A stretch of DNA of 64,000 nucleotides, from contig JBGARZ010000003.1 of NCBI GenBank assembly GCA_044229975.1, forward strand, positions 192,001-256,000, read 5' to 3'. A program made the translations under genes and the position numbers. Source of the stretch: Polyangiales bacterium. GTDB taxonomy: Bacteria; Myxococcota_A; Polyangia; Polyangiales; Ga0077539. The notes beneath the pieces were generated by a model. That model ran no database searches, had not been told where the DNA came from, and was given only the letters and a program-made list of their open reading frames with translations. The first letter of the stretch is position 1. The number at the start of each line of letters is the position of its first letter. This document shows, in pieces, positions 60,988-64,000 of this stretch.

Positions 60988-63108
60988 TCAGGGCGCTGGG
61001 GTTCGGGGAGCGGGCGCGGGCAGCACGCGGAAGGGAGCCGCCGCGCGGGCTTCGCCGCCGTTGGCGACGCGCACGGTGAGCGGGCCGCTCGCGGCGCCGT
61101 CGGGCACCTGACACTGCACCGTGGTCGGCGTGACGGCGGCCGTCGGGCAGGTGACGGCGCCGATGGTGACGCCGACGCCAGCGAGGTCGCTGCCGAAGTT
61201 GCGGCCGCGGATGGTGATGCGCGCGCCGGGCGGTGCGGCGGGCGGTGTCACGCCCGTCACCACCGGTGGGATGGTGATGCGAAACGGATCGGTGGAGGTC
61301 ACGGACTGCCGACCGTCGGCCTCGACGAGGATGGTTCCGCCGCGGGAGTTGCGGGGGACGACGAAGGTGATCTCGGTGGTGCTGTTGGTGATGGGACGGA
61401 TGACCTGCGGCCCGAGGCGCACGGTGAGGCGCGCGCGGTCGGGCTCGAAGCCGGCGCCGCGGAGGGTGACGGTGCTGCCCACGGGGCCAGCGGGCGGGTC
61501 GACCGCGCTGAGCACCACCGGCTGCTGGACGAAGAACTCCATCGGCGCGGTTCCAGTGCCCTGGAGACGCCCGACGACCTGGAAGCGCCCGGTCTGCGCG
61601 TCGCGCGGAACGGTCACCACGATGGCGTCACGGGCGTACGACTCGATGGGGAGTTCGGCGCCGTTGAGGCGCACCGAAGCGAGAGAGCGCTCACCGGGGA
61701 AGTTGGTTCCGCGCAGGGTGACGCGGGTGCCGGGGATGCCGCGCTCGGGCTCCAGCGCCGTGATGCGCGGACGCAGCGTGACCATGAAGGGCTCGCGCGC
61801 GCGGGCTGCCCCGCTACCGGTGACGGCCACCGACCACGGGCCCGATCGGGCGCCCTCGGGCACCTCGACCACCAGCGCCGACTCCGTCGCCGAGACCACG
61901 CGCGCGGCCAGGGTACCGAGCTGCACCACGTTGTCCGCGGGCACCAGCGAGAAGCCCGTCCCCGTCAGCGTCACGCGCTCGCCGATGTCGCCTGCGCGCG
62001 GCTCGTAGCGCGCCAGGGTCACCGGTGTCGTCACGCGAAACTCCGTCGGCGACAGCACCGGCCCGACGCCGCCCGCCGTGACCGCCACACGACCACTCGG
62101 CGCGCCTTCCGGGACGGTGACCACGAGCTCGGTCGGCGCGGCGCTCACGACCGTGGCCGGGCGCTCACCGAAGACCACGGTCACCCGCGACGACTCATTG
62201 CCGAAGCGGCTGCCCCGGAGCGTGAGCCGCGTGCCGGGCGGACCCGACGTCGGCGTCATCGTCTGCACCACCGGCGCGGGCCCGACGAAGAGCCGCTGCG
62301 CCGTCTCGTAGCGACCCGCGCTCGGCACCTCGACCGCGATGGGACCCGTCGCGCCGTCGAGCGGGATCTCCACCTCAAGCTCGGTGGGCGTCGCCCGCAC
62401 CACACGCAACGGCCGACCGCCCAGGGTCACCCGGTCTTGCAGCGCCTGCGGCGAGAACCCGCTTCCTCGAAGGATCACGCGCCCACCCGGCGCGATGGCC
62501 GTCGGGACCATCTCGCGCACCGACAGCCGCGCGCTGAGCGTGAGGTCACCACCGCTACGCGCCTCGCCGCCCGCCGTGCGCACGAACACCGGCCCCGTCG
62601 TGGCGCCGTCCGGGATGATGACCCGCAGCGAGCCGGAGTCGCCCGCGCGCACCACCATCGGGAGGTTGCCCACGCGCACGCTGTTGTCCGACGGGCGCGG
62701 CGCGAAGTTCTCTCCGCGGATGGTGATCTCCATGCCGGGTGCGGCGCTCGACGGGTCGACGCTACGAACCGTCGGCGGAGGGAGCCGCTCGGTGATGCGG
62801 AAGGTCTCCGGCGACTCGGTCTCATCGGCTCCCATGGCGAGCACGAAGCGCCCGCTCTGGGCACCATCGGGTACCGTCACGGTGATGCGCTCGGGCAGCA
62901 CCTCGGTGGGCGTCACGGGCCGCTCGTTGAAGAGCACCCGCAGCCCGCGAGAGAAGCCCCGGCCCTCGATGCGAACGCGCGTTCCCGGCGGGCCCGCCGT
63001 CGGCACGATGCGCTCGATCATCGGGCGGGTCTGCGCCCACACGACGGACGACTGCGAGGCCACCATCCACACCACGACCGCCGCGCTCGCGCGCGCATTG
63101 AATCTCAT
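60988..63108 (-). CDS. Secreted protein of about eight tandem IPT/TIG domains
   Basis: Signal peptide; repeated P.I....P....PG..VTLRG..F and VP.GA.SG.V.V units. Confidence 0.85.
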   Translation of the reverse strand: MRFNARASAAVVVWMVASQSSVVWAQTRPMIERIVPTAGPPGTRVRIEGRGFSRGLRVLFNERPVTPTEVLPERITVTVPDGAQSGRFVLAMGADETESPETFRITERLPPPTVRSVDPSSAAPGMEITIRGENFAPRPSDNSVRVGNLPMVVRAGDSGSLRVIIPDGATTGPVFVRTAGGEARSGGDLTLSARLSVREMVPTAIAPGGRVILRGSGFSPQALQDRVTLGGRPLRVVRATPTELEVEIPLDGATGPIAVEVPSAGRYETAQRLFVGPAPVVQTMTPTSGPPGTRLTLRGSRFGNESSRVTVVFGERPATVVSAAPTELVVTVPEGAPSGRVAVTAGGVGPVLSPTEFRVTTPVTLARYEPRAGDIGERVTLTGTGFSLVPADNVVQLGTLAARVVSATESALVVEVPEGARSGPWSVAVTGSGAARAREPFMVTLRPRITALEPERGIPGTRVTLRGTNFPGERSLASVRLNGAELPIESYARDAIVVTVPRDAQTGRFQVVGRLQGTGTAPMEFFVQQPVVLSAVDPPAGPVGSTVTLRGAGFEPDRARLTVRLGPQVIRPITNSTTEITFVVPRNSRGGTILVEADGRQSVTSTDPFRITIPPVVTGVTPPAAPPGARITIRGRNFGSDLAGVGVTIGAVTCPTAAVTPTTVQCQVPDGAASGPLTVRVANGGEARAAAPFRVLPAPAPRTPAP

Positions 63109-63142
63109 CGCATCGCCTCCACTGCCGACCCGTTGTCGGGGC

Positions 63143-63838
63143 TCACCCTGCGTCCGCGACGGGCTCCTCGTCGTGGGCCCCTTCCGCGTGGTGAACGTCC
63201 GCCAGGTCATCGAAGATCTCGTCCATCGGAACGCCCGACCCGCTCAGCGTGAGCGCTGCGGCGACGAGCTGCTTGGCCGCCTCGTAGATGCGCAGCCAGT
63301 GCTGCCGCGCGGCCTCCAGGTTGGCGCCGCGGAGCTGCCGCGAGCGGATGCGCTGATCGGCCGCGAGCACCGTGTCGAGGCCGTGCCGCGCCCGGGCGAT
63401 CTCGTCGCGCCAGTGGCCCTGCTCGCGCACCGCGCCGCCCAGCTCGTCAAGTGAGCCCAGCACATGGTCGAGCGCCGCGAGCAGCCGCTGGGGGCCGCGC
63501 TGCGACAGCGTCGACGCCGGCTCCACGAAGAACGCCCCGTACGGAACGCTCCCCGGCCGGTGCGACTCCAGGTGCCGCGCGAAGCGGACGATCACCTCGC
63601 GGGCCTCGTCGAGGGGGGCCTCTCGCAGGCCCATGGCCTCGTGGAGCTCCGGGTCGGCCGAGCGCGCCTGGTGCAGCTGCTGCGCGACGACGTCGGTGGC
63701 CGACCGCAATGCCGTGACCACGAGGTGCAGGGCCGGGTCGAACTCCCGCAGCCGACCCGCGAGGTGGTGCGCGATCTGTTCGATGGCGTATTCGCCGTAG
63801 ATGCGGGTCTCGTCGTAGTCGATGTACGCGTCGGCCAT
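63143..63838 (-). CDS. All-helical hypothetical protein
   Basis: GC3-rich ORF starting MADAYIDYDETRIYG; no motif recognised. Confidence 0.7.
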   Translation of the reverse strand: MADAYIDYDETRIYGEYAIEQIAHHLAGRLREFDPALHLVVTALRSATDVVAQQLHQARSADPELHEAMGLREAPLDEAREVIVRFARHLESHRPGSVPYGAFFVEPASTLSQRGPQRLLAALDHVLGSLDELGGAVREQGHWRDEIARARHGLDTVLAADQRIRSRQLRGANLEAARQHWLRIYEAAKQLVAAALTLSGSGVPMDEIFDDLADVHHAEGAHDEEPVADAG

Positions 63839-64000
63839 GGCGCGGAGGATTCTGCCACCGCCGCGCGCTTGTAAAGAACCCGGTGCGCGAAGGCACCGAC
63901 GCCGGTCGGAGGCCCCTGTAAGCGCGGACGGGTGGTGGGCGTTCACGGTCCGAGATGCAAGCCCAGATGACACGGCACCTCGGTGCTTCCGTCGCACCGC

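Noticed and set aside
63839..64000. GC-rich stems at the window end as SRP or 6S RNA
   Set aside because: Lacks the SRP domain IV motif and the 6S central bubble; stems are expected at this GC content and the context is truncated

Overview
This is a very GC-rich (roughly 70%+) bacterial chromosome segment. Its gene content points to Myxococcota, probably Polyangiales-like: Cys-rich lipoproteins, a kinase-ATPase-TPR protein, an MrtC-like intramembrane protease and a deltaproteobacterial-type RpoD. It holds about 60 CDS. Housekeeping genes include rlmB, an RluA-family synthase, rplS, dnaG-rpoD, ung, HIT, queD, panE-like, rsmE, pip and pssA. Other genes encode a heterodimeric ABC exporter, redox proteins (ahpC-ahpD, a di-heme cytochrome c peroxidase, a PQQ/GSDH-diheme fusion) and many secreted or lipoprotein hypotheticals. 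I saw no tRNA, rRNA, CRISPR array, integrase or transposase. The strongest candidate for an undescribed system is a sigma54 regulatory module: a NorR-type iron-GAF enhancer-binding protein with an FhlA-like HTH, divergent from ahpC-ahpD. The intergenic region has three related palindromic boxes (CACCGA-N4-TCGGTG) and a -24/-12-like element. Other notable signals: three operator-like boxes at exact 24-bp spacing between an HtrA-like protease and an atypical LuxR regulator; a nucleotidyltransferase with a small coupled partner ORF; a frameshifted Cys-rich lipoprotein missing from the ORF track; a 17-module knottin-like lipoprotein; a structured dnaG leader; and a recurring leaderless-type promoter layout. 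All calls come from reading motifs by eye; no database searches were run.
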